DNA of 64,000 bases from Macrostomum lignano (Eukaryota): NCBI GenBank assembly GCA_002269645.1, contig NIVC01001115.1, positions 311,403 to 375,402 on the forward strand, written 5' to 3'. Within the stretch, counting starts at the first letter, position 1, and every line of letters begins with the position of its first letter. This document shows positions 1-20,944 of this stretch, one piece after another. Below the pieces are notes generated by a model. It was not told where the DNA came from. It made no database searches and was given only the letters and a program-made list of their open reading frames with translations. Made by a program: the position numbers and the translations under genes.

Positions 1-399
1 TGTGAACGTGTGTAGCAGATTTTGCAATCGAAAATTTATTGATGAAGCCAAATTGTTGCGTTTCCGATTGCAACTTTTCAACATTTATTAGTTTCTTTTA
101 CTCTTAAGCGATGTTGTATTGAATTGAATTCAATTTTCTCAGACTGCGCGCAAACCCGGAATGATACAAATTGATACAGATAAACAAAATGTCTGACTAA
201 CGGCATGATGGAGATGGCCGGTGCATTTAGCATGCTCTAAAGAAGCATAGCGCCGAATGTGGTTCGGCCTCAGGTGCATTTCTAAGAAAATAGACTGAAG
301 CGTCCTTGTACTTTAGTTGTCCATGTAAATCCGCTGCAGCATGGCAAAAAACTATATTCACTACTTCAGATAGAATTCAAATTAACTTTAGGTTTGAAG

Positions 400-2125
400 C
401 AGATTAGCTTCAGGTAGGATTCAGATTAGCTTCAGGTAGGATTCAGATTAGCTTCAGGTAGGATTCAGATTAGCTTCAGATTAGCTTCAGGTAGGATTCA
501 GATTAGCTTCAGATAGGATTCAGATTAGCTTCAGGTAGGATTCAGATTAGCTTCAGATTAGCTTCAGGTAGGATTCAGATTAGCTTCAGGTAGGATTCAG
601 ATTAGCTTCAGGTAGGATTCCGATTAGCTTCAGTTAGGATTTAGATTAGCTTCAGGTAGGATTCCGATTAGCTTCAGGTAGGATTCAGATTAGCTTCAGG
701 TAGGATTCAGATTAGCTTCAGATTAGCTTCAGGTAGGATTCAGATTAGCTTCAGGTAGGATTCAGATTAGCTTCAGGTAGGATTCCGATTAGCTTCAGTT
801 AGGATTTAGATTAGCTTCAGGTAGGATTCCGATTAGCTTCAGGTAGGATTCAGATTAGCTTCAGATAGGATTCAGATTAGCTTCAGGTAGGTTTCAGATT
901 AGCTTCAGGTAGGATTCCGATTAGCTTCAGGTAGGATTCAGATTAGCTTCAGATTAGCTTCAGGTAGGATTCAGATTAGCTTCAGGTAGGATTCAGATTA
1001 GCTTCAGATTAGCTTCAGGTAGGATTCAGATTAGCTTCAGATAGGATTCAGATTAGCTTCAGGTAGGATTCAGATTAGCTTCAGATTAGCTTCAGGTAGG
1101 ATTCAGATTAGCTTCAGGTAGGATTCAGATTAGCTTCAGATTAGCTTCAGGTAGGATTCCGATTAGCTTCAGTTAAGATTTAGATTAGCTTCAGGTAGGA
1201 TTCCGATTAGCTTCAGGTAGGATTCAGATTAGCTTCAGGTAGGATTCAGATTAGCTTCAGGTAGGATTCAGATTAGCTTCAGATTAGCTTCAGGTAGGAT
1301 TCAGATTAGCTTCAGGTAGGATTCAGATTAGCTTCAGATTAGCTTCAGGTAGGATTCAGATTAGCTTCAGGTAGGATTCAGATTAGCTTCAGATTAGCTT
1401 CAGGTAGGATTCAGATTAGCTTCAGATTAGCTTCAGGTAGGATTCAGATTAGCTTCAGGTAGGATTCAGATTAGCTTCAGGTAGGATTCCGATTAGCTTC
1501 AGGTAGGATTCAGATTAGCTTCAGGTAGGATTCAGATTAGCTTCAGATTAGCTTCAGGTAGGATTCAGATTAGCTTCAGGTAGGATTCAGATTAGCTTCA
1601 GGTAGGATTCCGATTAGCTTCAGTTAGGATTTAGATTAGCTTCAGGTAGGATTCCGATTAGCTTCAGGTAGGATTCAGATTAGCTTCAGATAGGATTCAG
1701 ATTAGCTTCAGGTAGGATTCAGATTAGCTTCAGGTAGGATTCAGATTAGCTTCAGGTAGGATTCAGATTAGCTTCAGATTAGCTTCAGGTAGGATTCAGA
1801 TTAGCTTCAGGTAGGATTCAGATTAGCTTCAGATTAGCTTCAGGTAGGATTCAGATTAGCTTCAGATTAGCTTCAGGTAGGATTCAGATTAGCTTCAGAT
1901 TAGCTTCAGGTAGGATTCAGATTAGCTTCAGGTAGGATTCAGATTAGCTTCAGGTAGGATTCCGATTAGCTTCAGATTAGCTTCAGTTAGGATTCAGATT
2001 AGCTTCAGGTAGGATTGAGATTAGCTTCAGGTAGGATTCAGATTAGCTTCAGGTAGGATTGAGATTAGCTTCAGGTAGGATTCAGATTAGCTTTAGATTA
2101 GCTTCAGGTAGGATTCAGGTTTCCT
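400..2125. repeat. 22-bp minisatellite (GATTAGCTTCA-GGTAGGATTCA, two related 11-mers)
   Basis: Directly visible tandem array, with frequent single 11-mer units and point variants. Confidence 0.97.
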
Positions 2126-2131
2126 TCAGGC

Positions 2132-5100
2132 TCAGGCCGGTTTCCCGCGGCTCAGGCTATCACACGACTTCGAGCTGAAGTGCTTCCTGATGAAGTCGCT
2201 CACGATTCGTCGAGGCGATGGACGCTTCGAACTCCCGCCGCCACCGCCGCCGCCGCCGCCTCCGACGCCATTCGAATTCGCTTTTCCGACTCGGCGTCGC
2301 TGCGCCCGGATCTGCGCCAGCGTCGACACCAGCAGCTCATCGACGCCGTGATTGAGCGCCGAGGACACCTCTGAGTAGTGGGCGCCGTACACAGCTGCCA
2401 GGCTCTTGGCCTCTGGGGTCGGATTGGTGAGTCTTGTGTGTGAATTGAAATTTTGTGTGTGAATTAAAATTTTGTGTGTGAATTGAAATTTTGTGTGTGA
2501 ATTGAAATTTTGTCTGTGAATTTGAATTTTGTATGTGAATTGAAATTTTGTATGTGAATTGAAATTTTGCGTGTGAATTGAAATTTTGTGTGTGAATTGA
2601 AATTTTGTGTGTGAATTGAAATTTTGTGTGTGTGAATTGAAAGTGAGTTTATGTGAATTAAAAGTGAGTTTATGTGAATTGAAAGTGAGTTTGTGTGAAC
2701 TGAAAGTGAGTTTGTGTGAATTGAAAGTGAGTTTATGTGAATTGAAAGTGAGTTTATGTGAATTTAAAATGAGTTTATGTGAATTTAAAATGAGTTTATG
2801 TGAATTTAAAATGAGTTTGTGTGAACTGAAAGTGAGTGAGTGTGAAGTGAAAGTGAGTGTGTGTGAATTGAAAGTGTGTGTGTGTGTGTGTGTGTCTGTG
2901 AATTGCAATGGGGTGCATGTGAATAAAAAGTAAACATGTGTGAATGGAAGCGGCTGTGCGTGAAAATCAGTGAAATTTTCCTTTCTGCTTCAGCATCGCT
3001 GAAAAGGCATTTTTTGGGAATTTCTGCATCAAGGGTCGGCTTTGCCATGGAGATCAATAAGTGATGATGATTTAAAGATTAATTCCGACAGCGCGCTAGC
3101 CCAGATTAAGCCATTCTTCCTTTGAAACTGGACTTCCTCTTCTCTCCCTTTGTTCTCTTGAAATGATGATGAAGCCTTAATGGCCCCCAGCATCCTTAGT
3201 ATCTATATAGATATAGATTGTTGTTGTAATCCTATGTAATACCGTCATGTACATCTCTCATACCTATTCTTCCCTATTCCCGGTTTATCTCTCATGTCAC
3301 GTGCCATCAATTATAAGTGCCTGTGGCATCCAGGCCAGCACCGGCTCAGAGCTCAAATCCCAGACTCCCCGCCTCCCAAAACTGCCGCTGACTCTTTGCT
3401 CTTTTATCTCGAGTAGGAAAATTTCTAAATTATTGTATTACGTAAAGCTAGGAATAAACATTTTTTCCACAGACTCTACACAAATGCTTCCCAGTTGAAA
3501 TTTTGATCCCAAATCAGTCAGATCCCAACTCAGTCACAAATCACAACTCAGTCACAGATCCCAACTCAGTCACAGATCCCAAATCGATCACAGATCCCAA
3601 ATCGGTCACAGATCCCAAATCGGTCACAGATCCCAACCAGGTCACAGATCCCAAATAGGTCACAGATCCCAACTCAGTCAAGATCCCAACTCAGTCACAG
3701 ATCCCAACTCAGTCACAGATCCCAACTCAGTCATGATCCCAACTCAGTCACCGATCCCAACTCAGTCACCGATCCCAACTCAGTCACAGATCCCAACTCA
3801 GTCATGATCCCAACTCAGTCACAGATCCTAACTCAGTAACAGATCCCAACTCAGTCACAGATCCTAACTCAGTAACAGATCCCAACTCAGTCACAGATCC
3901 CAACTTAGTCACAGATCCCAACTCAGTCACAGATCCCAACTCTATGTATCCCAAATCAGACTGCACAAAGATCACGGACTCTCACCGTCTCGCGGAACTT
4001 CTCTACCGCGCACTAAGTCGGCCTTATTTCCAGCCAGAGCGAGTGCTGCGGACGCCGCAGGCGAGGCGCACCCTGCCGGAGCCCTGGCAGCCAGGCGGCC
4101 CAGCAAATTTCGGGCCTCGACGAAGGAGCGGTGGCTGTCCAACGAGAAGACCACGAGGTAGGCGTCTGCTGGCTGCAGCAGCTGGCTGGAGCGCTGGTGG
4201 GCAGGAGAGAGTCTTTGTTTATGGCCTCGTGTGTCTTTGTTTATGGCCTTGTGTATGCCTTTGTTTTTGCTCTGTGTGTGTCCTTGTTTATGCCCTTGTG
4301 TACGTCTTTGTTTATGACCTTGTGTATGTCTTTGTTTATGGCCTTGTGTACGTCTTTGTTTATGACCTTGTGTATGTCTTTATTTATGGCCTTGTGTATG
4401 TCTTGTTTATGCCCTTGTGTACGTCTTTGTTTATGGCCCTGTGTATGTCTTTATTTATGACCTTGGGTAGGTCTTTATTTATAGCCTTGCTTATGTCTTT
4501 ATTTATGGCCTTGTGTATGTCTTTATTTATGACCTTGTGTATGTCTTTATTTATGGCCTTGTGTATGTCTTTATTTATGACCTTGTGTATGTCTTTATTT
4601 ATGGCCTTGTGTATGTCTTTATTTATGACCTTGGGTATGTCTTTATTTATGACCTTCTGTACATCTTTATTTATAGCCTTGCTTATGTCTTTATTTATGG
4701 CCTTGTGTATGTCTTTATTTATGACCTTGTGTATGTCTTTATTTATGGCCTTGTGTATGTCTTTATTTATGACCTTGTGTATGTCTTTATTTATGACCTT
4801 ATGTATGTCTTTATTTATGGCCTTGTGTATGTCTTTATTTATGACCTTGTGTGTCCTTTTTATGCCCTTGTGTACGTCTTTGTTTACTCGTATGGCAGTG
4901 TGTGTCTTCTTTATGGCCTTGTGTGTGTCGTTTCCATGACCCCTTCATTCATTTTTTAGATTATAACCCTATATTCTTTTGCGTGCCTGTCTTTGAGTCT
5001 CGTCCGCATTCACAGTTTTCCATGTTTCATAAGCGGGACTAAAATTCAATTTTCAGCCCGTCTGCCCGCATCCCAGGGTGTCTGGTGACGCCATTGATGG

Positions 5101-5378
5101 AGTCACGTGACGTCTCGGAACACGGCGGCCGCCGGCTCGCTACAAATCCAATTTCGAACCTGAACGCTCGAATATTAGATTACATTTCAGGGGCAATCCA
5201 GGGGTGGCGACAAAAAACGATTATTTCAAAACACACGAAACGCATGTCTGGCTCACCTCCTCATCCTGGTCCGTCTCAGCGTCCAGAATGGTCACGTGAT
5301 ATTCCTCGGCGTCAAGCAGCACCGTGACGAATCTTGCTCCGCCTGCGAGCTCCCGGTCATCCTCTGCCGCTCCCGAGT
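2132..5378 (-). CDS. RGK-family (Rem/Rad/Gem-like) small GTPase, last three coding exons: 5378-5257, 4172-3986, 2412-2132. The N-terminal P-loop exon was not found.
   Basis: The spliced translation reads ..RFVTVLLDAEEYHVTILD..|PADAYLVVFSLDSHRSF..LAGNKADLVRGREV..|..YSEVSSALNHGVDELL..SKSCDSL. This gives G4 NKxD, a G5-like EVSSA and the RGK C-terminal SKSC motif. All junctions are GT-AG with matching phases (0 and 1). Confidence 0.85.
2436..2905. repeat. Intronic 18-bp/21-bp TG-rich minisatellites ending in (TG)n
   Basis: Units TGTGTGAATTGAAATTTT and AAAGTGAGTTTATGTGAATTG are visible. Confidence 0.93.
3505..3960. repeat. Intronic 18-bp minisatellite (CAGTCACAGATCCCAACT)
   Basis: Visible tandem array. 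Confidence 0.95.
4215..4925. repeat. Intronic 24-bp minisatellite (TTGTGTATGTCTTTATTTATGGCC)
   Basis: Visible tandem array. Confidence 0.95.
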
Positions 5379-5486
5379 CTGCGGGGTGAGCAAGGAGACG
5401 ATATCTGTTTATGTCTGTTAATGCCTGTTTATGTCTGTTTATGTCTGTTTATGTCATTGATAGATGGATAGATAGATGTTTGTTTA

Positions 5487-5567
<81 letters not shown>

Positions 5568-5582
5568 TAGTGTCTGTCTGTG

Positions 5583-5613
<31 letters not shown>

Positions 5614-5614
5614 G

Positions 5615-5657
<43 letters not shown>
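5487..5657. repeat. (GTCT)n microsatellite
   Basis: Visible. Confidence 0.97.
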
Positions 5658-5659
<2 letters not shown>

Positions 5660-5972
5660 TTTTGTCGGACTTTGGTTTATTTTTATCCTGGGAATTTTCT
5701 CACGATAAAGTTATGCCACCGATAGCAGACGCATCGACTCGGACAACCAGCCGGCTTTTAAAACGAAGCGAGGATCGAATCTCTGCTCGAGTGTTCAATT
5801 CGCTTCATTGAGCTCAAACTAAAGATTTGAGTCATTTGAGTTATGGGAGATGATGAGAGATTCTGAGTATATCCTGGTGAGCTTGAGCTCAAGCGTAAAT
5901 AATTTTGGACAGATAATGACTGGGGTAATATGTCTAAAAGAGGGTCAGGATCAGTTCACACTAAAAATAGGT

Positions 5973-13980
<8,008 letters not shown>

Positions 13981-14051
13981 TTCATAAGCAGTTTGAAACT
14001 GCAAACCACGCACTCGGAAGATATTGAAGGTTACCAGTTGTCGAATGTTCG

Positions 14052-14100
14052 AAAAAAACCGATATTTCGGCCCAGACTGGGCCTTCGTCAGGGTTTATTT
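14052..14100 (-). ncRNA. Minimal type I hammerhead ribozyme (Penelope-like element type)
   Basis: The minus strand reads AAACC-CUGACGA-A-GGCCCAG-U-CUGGGCC-GAA-A-UA-U-C-GGUUU. That contains both core boxes, a perfect stem II, stem I AAACC/GGUUU and a palindromic AUAU in place of stem III. An AATAAA lies immediately upstream. Confidence 0.75.
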
Positions 14101-14451
14101 ATTCGGGTTAAAAACAAATATATTGGCAGTGAAGTTATTGTAACATAATTTCAATATATATATATGCGACTTTTGGGGGTGCACTGAGCAGTGTTGAGTA
14201 AAGATGTGTACGCATAATTAGTTAAAAACGTGAGTTGAAGCACGCTGATTGGTTAAAGATTGGCAGCTTAAAGCCTTGCACAAAAAATATTAAAGATGTT
14301 AGGTGCTATAGAAAAACAGATTTAGAGCGTAGAAGTGTATGAATAAGCATCTTGAAAAGTTCAACAAATAAGTTATTTACGCCCGTAGAATTGAGAACAA
14401 ATATTAAATTAAAACAGAGCACTGAGAACTTTGAGAACTGAGAAAATTGAG

Positions 14452-15170
14452 TCGCCAGGCAGGCCACTAGTTGCAGTTGGCGCGTCTGGTCACAGATCGC
14501 CGCCTGCAGCAGCCCCTGGTCACAGGCGACTGGGCACTGCAGATCAGTTGAGGCTAGATTATCAGTAGTAGTAGCACTAGTAGTTGCAGTAGTAGCTCGT
14601 AGTAGTAGTAATGGAAGTAGTAGTAGTACAAGTATTAGTAGAGTAGTAGTAGAGCAGTCGTAGGCGTAGTCGTAGTAGAGACGTACTGGTAAGCAGTTAT
14701 TTGAAGTAGCCAGGCAGGCCACTAGTCGCAGTTGGCGGCGTCTGGTCACAGATCGCCGCCTGCACAGCCCCTGTCACAGGCGACTGGCACTGCGGATCAG
14801 TTGAAGCTAGATTATCAGTAGTAGTAGCACTAAGTAGTTGCAGTAGTAGCTCGTAGTAGTAGTAATGGAAGTAGTAGTAGTACAAGTATTAGTAGAGTAG
14901 TAGTAGAGCAGTCGTAGGCGTAGTCGTAGTAGAGACGTACTGTAAGCAGTTATTTGAAGTAGCCAGGCAGGCCACTAGTCGCAGTTGGCGGCGTCTGGTC
15001 ACAGATCGCCGCCTGCACAGCCCCTGGTCACAGGCGACTGGGCACTGCGGATCAGTTGAAGCTAGATTTTCAGTAGTAGTAGCACTAGTAGTTGCAGTTA
15101 GTAGTAGTAGTGGTAGTAGAGTAGTAGTAGTACAGTCGTAGTCGTAGCCGTAGTCGTAGTAGTGTCGTGC
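14452..15170. repeat. About 3 copies of a ~255-bp unit (GC-rich module plus (GTA)n-rich module)
   Basis: GCCAGGCAGGCCACTAG..GGTCACAGATCGCCGCC recurs near 14455, 14710 and 14960. Confidence 0.9.
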
Positions 15171-15262
15171 GTCTTAAATATTCAGCTGCAGAAATAGTAC
15201 TCTTGCTTATCCCAAGTAGATTTTTGGCGGAGAATAGCTCGTATACGAAGATATTTTGTTGA

Positions 15263-15998
15263 NNNNNNNNNNNNNNNNNNNNNNNNNNNNNNNNNNNNNN
15301 NNNNNNNNNNNNNNNNNNNNNNNNNNNNNNNNNNNNNNNNNNNNNNNNNNNNNNNNNNNNNNNNNNNNNNNNNNNNNNNNNNNNNNNNNNNNNNNNNNNN
15401 NNNNNNNNNNNNNNNNNNNNNNNNNNNNNNNNNNNNNNNNNNNNNNNNNNNNNNNNNNNNNNNNNNNNNNNNNNNNNNNNNNNNNNNNNNNNNNNNNNNN
15501 NNNNNNNNNNNNNNNNNNNNNNNNNNNNNNNNNNNNNNNNNNNNNNNNNNNNNNNNNNNNNNNNNNNNNNNNNNNNNNNNNNNNNNNNNNNNNNNNNNNN
15601 NNNNNNNNNNNNNNNNNNNNNNNNNNNNNNNNNNNNNNNNNNNNNNNNNNNNNNNNNNNNNNNNNNNNNNNNNNNNNNNNNNNNNNNNNNNNNNNNNNNN
15701 NNNNNNNNNNNNNNNNNNNNNNNNNNNNNNNNNNNNNNNNNNNNNNNNNNNNNNNNNNNNNNNNNNNNNNNNNNNNNNNNNNNNNNNNNNNNNNNNNNNN
15801 NNNNNNNNNNNNNNNNNNNNNNNNNNNNNNNNNNNNNNNNNNNNNNNNNNNNNNNNNNNNNNNNNNNNNNNNNNNNNNNNNNNNNNNNNNNNNNNNNNNN
15901 NNNNNNNNNNNNNNNNNNNNNNNNNNNNNNNNNNNNNNNNNNNNNNNNNNNNNNNNNNNNNNNNNNNNNNNNNNNNNNNNNNNNNNNNNNNNNNNNNN
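15263..15998. other. Assembly gap (736 N)
   Basis: Run of N. Confidence 1.
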
Positions 15999-16093
15999 TT
16001 GGAGGGGTCGCGGGTTCGCTCCCCGCAGCTTGCAGGATCGGCGGTGCGGTCTCCCGACAGGAAAATCGGGCTCTGCATCTGGCGCTACCCGCT

Positions 16094-17329
16094 TCAGGTC
16101 AGTGCAGTGCCGCCTGCAAAACTCTGGCGCCCCTGCCGAATGGTCATCGAGTCGCCCTTGACACTCTCGACCAGCCAGGGTGTCCACTCGAACGGAGTCT
16201 CGCCCTTGAGCGGATTTAGTCGGCGCCGGAGCACCGTGTCGCCGACTTTGAGCCATGCGGTCTCGCCTGCCGTCGCTTGTCCGTGTAGCGCTTGCCCTTT
16301 GCCTTGCTGCTGGCGTCCTGTGTCGGAGCCTCCTGTCTGCGATGGCCACCGGTCTCGACGGCCTGATTGACGGGATGGCGTCGTTTGGGACGCGACCCAA
16401 GAGCAGCTCGGCTGGTGCCCGGTTGGTGGTTCGCTGCGGCGTGCAACGGTAGGCCAGCAGCCACTCGTCAAGGGCCGCCCTCCAGTCGCGCTTCTGGGCA
16501 ATGGCAGCTCGTACAACCTTATTGATGGAGCGGTTCAGGCGCTCAGTGATGCCGTTGGCCTGCGATGCAGCGGTGTGATGAGACGCTGCCGGATTCCGTA
16601 GCTGTCCAGAAAGCCTTTGAACTGGGCCGAGGAGAATGGCGGGCCGTTATCGGTGACCAGTACCTGTGGGATGCCGAATCTGGCGAACGAATTCCTCAGC
16701 TTGGGAATCAGCGCTTCGGCCGTTGTGGTCTGGACGATCTCGACTTCAGGGAAGCGCGAGTAGTGGTCAACGCAGACGAGCAGCATGCTGCCTTGAATGG
16801 GGCCTAGCAGGTCTGCCCCTAGTGTTAGCCATGCAGCTTTCGGGATCGGCGTCGGCTTCAGCGGCGCGGCGGTCACGTCGGCCGCGTGCGACGTAGCTGC
16901 ACAGGCTCGGCAGGCACGCACGAAGAGCTCCGCTTCTGTCTGCATCCTCGGCCACCAGACTTTGGTGCTCAAACGGTCAACCGTCTTGCGCAAGCACTGA
17001 TGACCGCGGTGTGCCAGGTCCAAAACCAGGCGCCGAAGCGCCATTGGAACTACGATTCTCTGGCCCCGCAGGAGCACGCCGTCTGCTGCCGATAGCTCAT
17101 TCCGTAGGGCGTGGAGCGATCGCGTCTCCGCCGACTCGAGGCTCCATCGTCCTGTCTCCAGCGATCGAATAGCGGCTTGAATTGTTGCATCTTGCAGCGA
17201 ACTCTCTTGCACTGAGGACAGCGACAGCGCGTTCGGTATGGCCGCCTGGACGATTGCAGTGATGCAGAGGGTGTCGAGCTCTTCGCCGACATTTCTTCCT
17301 CGTGTTGGCAGCGGCTGCCGGCTCAGCAC
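16094..17329 (-). pseudogene. Gypsy integrase, with frameshifts near 17340 and 16560
   Basis: The HHCC zinc finger and the D,D residues are in ORF 16535-17329. The catalytic E (ANGITER) and C-terminal WLLAYRCTPQ..PAELL continue in a shifted frame. Confidence 0.88.
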
Positions 17330-17340
17330 GTCCGCTGGGT

Positions 17341-18048
17341 TTAGCCAGGCTGGTATTCGACTGTAAATTTCATATGCTGAATGCGCAGCGCCATTCTTTC
17401 GATCCTCGGGGGAGGCCTTGAGCCACTGCTGAACAATGCGATGAGCGGCTTGTGGTCTGTCACCACCGTAAATGTCGGAGCGCCGTGCAGATAGTACTGA
17501 AATTTCAAGCAGCCGTATTTGACGGCCAGCGCCTCCTTCTCAGTCAGGAGTTCCCTCCTGATCCTCTCGGACCGGTAATGAGCCACGATCTTGTCCCTGA
17601 TGAGCGAGTCTCGGAGTTCGCCGAACGTACATTGGTCCGCAGCCTTGCGTAGCCGATGATACCAGGCCTCAATTGACTCTCCTTCCTCCTGCCGGCATAT
17701 TTCAAACTGGTACCTGAGGAAGACAACGCTGTTCTTTTGGTCGAAGATACCCTGCAACTTTTTGATGAGCTCCTCCGCGGACTCTCCTTTCTTGACGCCG
17801 TTATCGTCCATGAAGTCTTCCAGCTTCTCGCCCGCAGTGTAAACTAAGAGCTCCAGCTGCTGTGTCGCATCTGTGATGCCAGCTGCGCGTATGTAGCTGC
17901 TGAACCTTCGCGTCCAGGTTTTCCATCGCTGAGCTCTTGTCAGAGGATCGCCTTCGAGGTCAAAGGCGTCTGGTGCCGCGAGTTGCAGGGCCTGTGCCAT
18001 ATTTGCTGAATCACCGGTCGTTATCAGTGCGCGGGGGGTTGGCCTCAC
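17341..18048 (-). pseudogene. Gag N-terminal part fused in frame to the RNase H C-terminus
   Basis: Gag capsid motifs (CRQEEGESIEAWYHRL, LIRDKIV) are followed directly by TEKEALAVKYGCLKFQYYL..TDHKPL..RIERMALRIQ. Confidence 0.88.
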
Positions 18049-18244
18049 TGAGAGTTTGCTTGCGACGCCATGTAATGACTCAGACTAGCTATTTAGTTTG
18101 GCGAGAGAAACGATGCACTTAAATGAGCCGACTGCTCAATTCAATATATTTATAGGCCCGAGAGCATTGCGTAATAAGAGTATTGCTACGAGTTAGTTCA
18201 TCGACCAAGCCAAGTACATTATTACCGCGCAGAGCGTACACTAC

Positions 18245-18550
<306 letters not shown>

Positions 18551-20944
18551 ATTGCAGCACACTGTCTGTAACGTACATCGATTTCTCTTTCTCTTTGTCA
18601 GCTCTGCATCAGCTGGCCCAGAAAAGCATTGGTTTGTCCGGCATTACTCCTGCGGAACCCACATTGCACTGCATGAATGCACATGGCTTTGGCGCGGCTG
18701 TAGCGCCATATTGTATTCCGGCGACTGACTGGTTGGCGCCGTTACGGTGCAGTCTTTTTACGGCGCGTAATTTCGCCTGAAGCGACACGACTACAGATAG
18801 ACAGGAGCATACGGTACACAGATTACAGCGTAATTCAATTTCCTGTGCAAAACCCGTGGCATGACTTTCTCGACCTGAGACGTGCAATTACGAGCTATTC
18901 ATGACTAAATATAGTGTCCCAATATGCCTTTTGAGCATCAAGCTGTAATCCCATGCAATCATTAACGCTGCGTTCTTTAAATGTCGTAATGCTCCTACTG
19001 TAGTGCAACGTTGCCTGTAAAAATTATTTCGGTAGAGTAGCTCCGTGATCTTAGAGTAAGACAATGCGAGAGACAGGTGATATAGATAATATAATTACTT
19101 CATCTCTTCTGACCTAGTGCTCCTACAGAGCTGGGTCCTGGACTGAGTAGGGAGAAAAGTGCAGCTGATCGAAAGCTGTTGGGGTCATTTGCTCGACAAG
19201 CAGGAGTCCTTGTACAATGCTCTCGAACCCTCGATTGAAAGTTTCAATTCACTTTCGTTCACAAATTATTCATGGAGTCTGAAACCGGTCGGTGACCTGG
19301 TTCACCGGGCTCTCGTAGGGGAAGATTGAATCATGCCTCCCATCTATTCGAGGATAAAGTCGAAAAAATGAGCACGAGTGTCCAGCTTCTCTCAGAAGCG
19401 AGAGTTGCGTATATGCGTGTCAGCGAAGCACAAATTAATCCTTTCGGATTTTGATTTAGCTTGAGTCGCTGAGATCACTGCTCTCGGAGGCTTGGGGAGG
19501 ACTGTGTCCGGGATCCTGAGTAGGAGGGGAAATAATCCTTCGAGCATTTTAGCTCAAGCTCCATTCCGACTGAGCTAGTAATCCCTGGTCGATTGGTTCT
19601 TAGATTAACGAACTGTGGCCTAGCAATCGGATGTATGTTCGAGATGTTACGAAGACCACAGCTTGAAATTTAGAACGTGATTGGAAGTTTTAAATTATTA
19701 ATTTGACAAAAATCTGGGCTGAAGTTCGCTTTCTGATAGGCAGGAATCAAATCAGAGGCTTCTGAGTCAATGCAACGCCGCAACTCAAGGCTACTGTCGA
19801 CCCAGAGCTACTGAGGAAGCAAGGTGACCCATCAAAGGTTGACCCTCTGGGGGCCTGAGGGCCAACTACAAAGCATTGAGTGTGTATTCGTACTCTACCT
19901 GATGAGGAGAAGGTCAAAACAGTACGTCTGTACACTCTGTGTGATGCTAGACACAGGTTTCGTTACAATAGAATTACGATTATTAATAGCCTCCTCGATG
20001 GGAGTAAACTCCAGCGATAAATCCAGAAGTCCTTACTTATGCTAACTTACTAAGCAATCCATCAACTGTATTTGTTATATCAGATTATTATAATGCGATA
20101 ATCAGTTTCACTCACCTGGAAAATGATCGTCTTGGTCCTCTGGCAGTTCTATGGTCAATATCCCTGTAGTATGGACCTTCGTCCATCTAGGTTGGGGTAC
20201 GGCTATAAGAGTTCGGGACTGGGACTCCAGACTAGAAATTGAATGACCAGACGAGTGAGAGAAGCAGACTTGGCGTTCTGACTTTGTAGTGTTTAGCAAT
20301 ACCTTTGTTTGAAGCGATTCTATTGACTAAAATACTAAACTGGATGTCTTCCAGCACCGTTAGTGCCGCCGAGCATGGCTGGCTGAGTCGTCTGCTCAAG
20401 CTGAGTCAGAATGCGCTGCGCAGCAGATGAGGCATGCTAGATCGTCGGTCTAATGGGGAGAATCGTGAGGGGCGGACCCGCTAGTCCGGGAGGCCAATGG
20501 CGAGCGACTGACTGTTGAGGAGGGCATCTCAGGAACTGTAATGGACTTGACTGCGACTCTCTACTCTGCCCAGTATGCAGCATGGATTCAGAGCATTAGG
20601 CGTGAGCAGAAAACTGCAGGACTCAATCCTGATTAGGCATGGGCGATATTGGACTCGCATTATGAGTTGGGAGACAGATGCAGCTGTACAAGGATGCAAC
20701 AGCGAGAGTAGAGACTAAGGATCCGGGTCTAATGCGGGGATATCGCTGTTCGTAGCTTTGATGAGCAACCAGTCTATTTTGCGGTTGGAAGTTGCATAAC
20801 TGAACTGCTTACAATTATGATAATAAAACTAATTGTAATTGAGAGCTAATTGTATAATTATGAAGTTTCCAGGCAAGGAACCTCCTGAAGTAGTCTCTAG
20901 CTATGAGCATGTGAAGCTTATAAAATGTCTGTGAGAATTTGTAA

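Noticed and set aside
400-2125. Regular short repeats (also 20945-21605 and 61995-62740) resembling CRISPR arrays
   Set aside because: Units are head-to-tail with no unique spacers, there are no cas genes, and the context is eukaryotic.
3944-4959. Hydrophobic + strand ORFs (331, 109 and 148 aa)
   Set aside because: They are read-through of the 24-bp minisatellite and the antisense of an RGK exon.
15182-16400. Long ORFs spanning X runs
   Set aside because: Artefacts of the N gap.
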